Shown here: piece by piece, positions 63,241 through 64,000 of the stretch
Numbering within the stretch: position 1 is the stretch's first letter
How the letters are laid out: each line of letters opens with the position of its first letter
Assembly: GCF_020745735.1 (NCBI RefSeq)
Contig: NC_083424.1
Span: 29,622,999-29,686,998, forward strand
Source of the DNA: Hemiscyllium ocellatum
Lineage: Eukaryota
Direction of reading: 5' to 3'
DNA length: 64,000 bases
Notes under the pieces: model-generated
Database searches by the model: none
Told to the model about the DNA's origin: nothing
Seen by the model: the letters and a program-made list of their open reading frames with translations, nothing else
Translations under genes and position numbers: made by a program

Positions 63241-63711
63241 TCCTGCTCCTTGGATGCTTCCTGATCTGCTGTGCTTTTCCAACACCATACTCTTGACTCA
63301 AAGCATCCTTACCTACAGCGTATGAAATAGATAACATTGGCCGAGTCACATGAGTACCTGCAGTGTATACCGTGTATGATGAAGGAGCAGTGCGTTGAAA
63401 GCTAGTGCTTCCAAATAAACCTGTTAGACTATAACCTGGTGCTGTATGATTTTGAACTTAAATGAGTCATTAACATACCTCATACTTTAACTTTTTTTCG
63501 CACGTAGAAAATAATTAAACAGCAATTGCGATCCATATTCTTACAATACAAAATCCATGTTCCCAACATTGTGTTCTCATCATAAAACAAAACATCCTTC
63601 TTAAACAACAGAATAATTTCAGAGGGCAAGCATTTCTGTTTATAAAGCAGTCTGACAGTGGGTGGAGTTGTATCTATTCCGTTCATTTCAGAAATACCTT
63701 TTTTCTCCTAA

Positions 63712-64000
63712 CATTTCCTTCACTCTAGCCTCCAACACATCCTCTGGCAGCTCATTCCATACACATACCAACCTCTGTGTGAAAAAGTTGCTCCTTAGAT
63801 CTCTTTTATATCTTTCTCCTCTCACCATAAACCTATGCCCTCTAGTTCTGGATTCCCCTACTCCAGGGAACAGACTTTGTCTATTTATCCTATCCATGTC
63901 CCGCATAATTTTGTAAGCCTCTATAAGGTCACCCCTCAGCCTCCGCTGCTCCAGGTAAAACAGCCCCAGCCTATTCAGCCTCTCCCTTTAGCTCAGATCC
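63712..64000 (-). mobile_element. CR1-type LINE fragment running off the window
   Basis: ORF 63688..63906 RTRGHRF..RSNFFTQRLV.VWNELP; RLRGDLIE.YK. Confidence 0.88.

Larger units (their letters stand above)
61396..63301 (+). mobile_element. Penelope-like family A copy (RT 3-prime half, GIY-YIG, pLTR), interrupted at 61499-62183
   Basis: DIYYNPIDSHSYLDY, IGETG..FREHL..EHFN; TSD AGCATCCTT at 61387-61395 and 63302-63310. Confidence 0.88.
58420..63460 (-). mobile_element. Penelope-like family B host element, split by two family A insertions; inverted pLTR at 63377-63457
   Basis: Pieces at 58420-58507, 60509-61395 and 63302-63375; GIY-YIG remnant WHIGKT..PVGEHFN at 61130-61390; hammerhead motifs at 60541-60575 (-) and 63377-63400 (+). 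Confidence 0.8.

Noticed and set aside
63480-63686. 68-aa minus ORF as a possible RSRC2 3-prime exon (expected neighbour by synteny)
   Set aside because: No resemblance to the RSRC2 C-terminus as I recall it.

Overview
Eukaryotic (vertebrate) genomic DNA, very probably a shark or ray, judged from an HE1-type V-SINE with a (TCTAA)n tail and abundant CR1/HER1-like and Penelope repeats. One complete protein-coding gene can be reconstructed by hand: ZCCHC8 (NEXT complex scaffold) on the minus strand. It has 14 coding exons at 23221-56755, a 2175-nt CDS (724 aa), an AT-AC U12 intron 1 and a probable GT-AG U12 intron 6. The left end has a small CpG-rich promoter-like island (CRE palindrome, GC boxes; possibly CLIP1 by vertebrate synteny). 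It abuts a ~12 kb hierarchical minisatellite containing a ~3.46 kb near-perfect duplication and a left-to-right decay gradient. ZCCHC8 intron 5 holds a full-length, nearly intact L1 (14-bp TSD, YY1 site, ORF1, ORF2) and a deleted class I endogenous retrovirus flanked by inverted LTR-like segments. At least three Penelope-like families carry minimal hammerhead ribozyme motifs (about 10 copies). These include a nested cluster at 58.4-63.5 kb and a ~190-nt fold-back element beside the exon 11 splice donor whose hammerhead core is intact in the pre-mRNA direction. All calls come from reading the sequence; no database searches were run.
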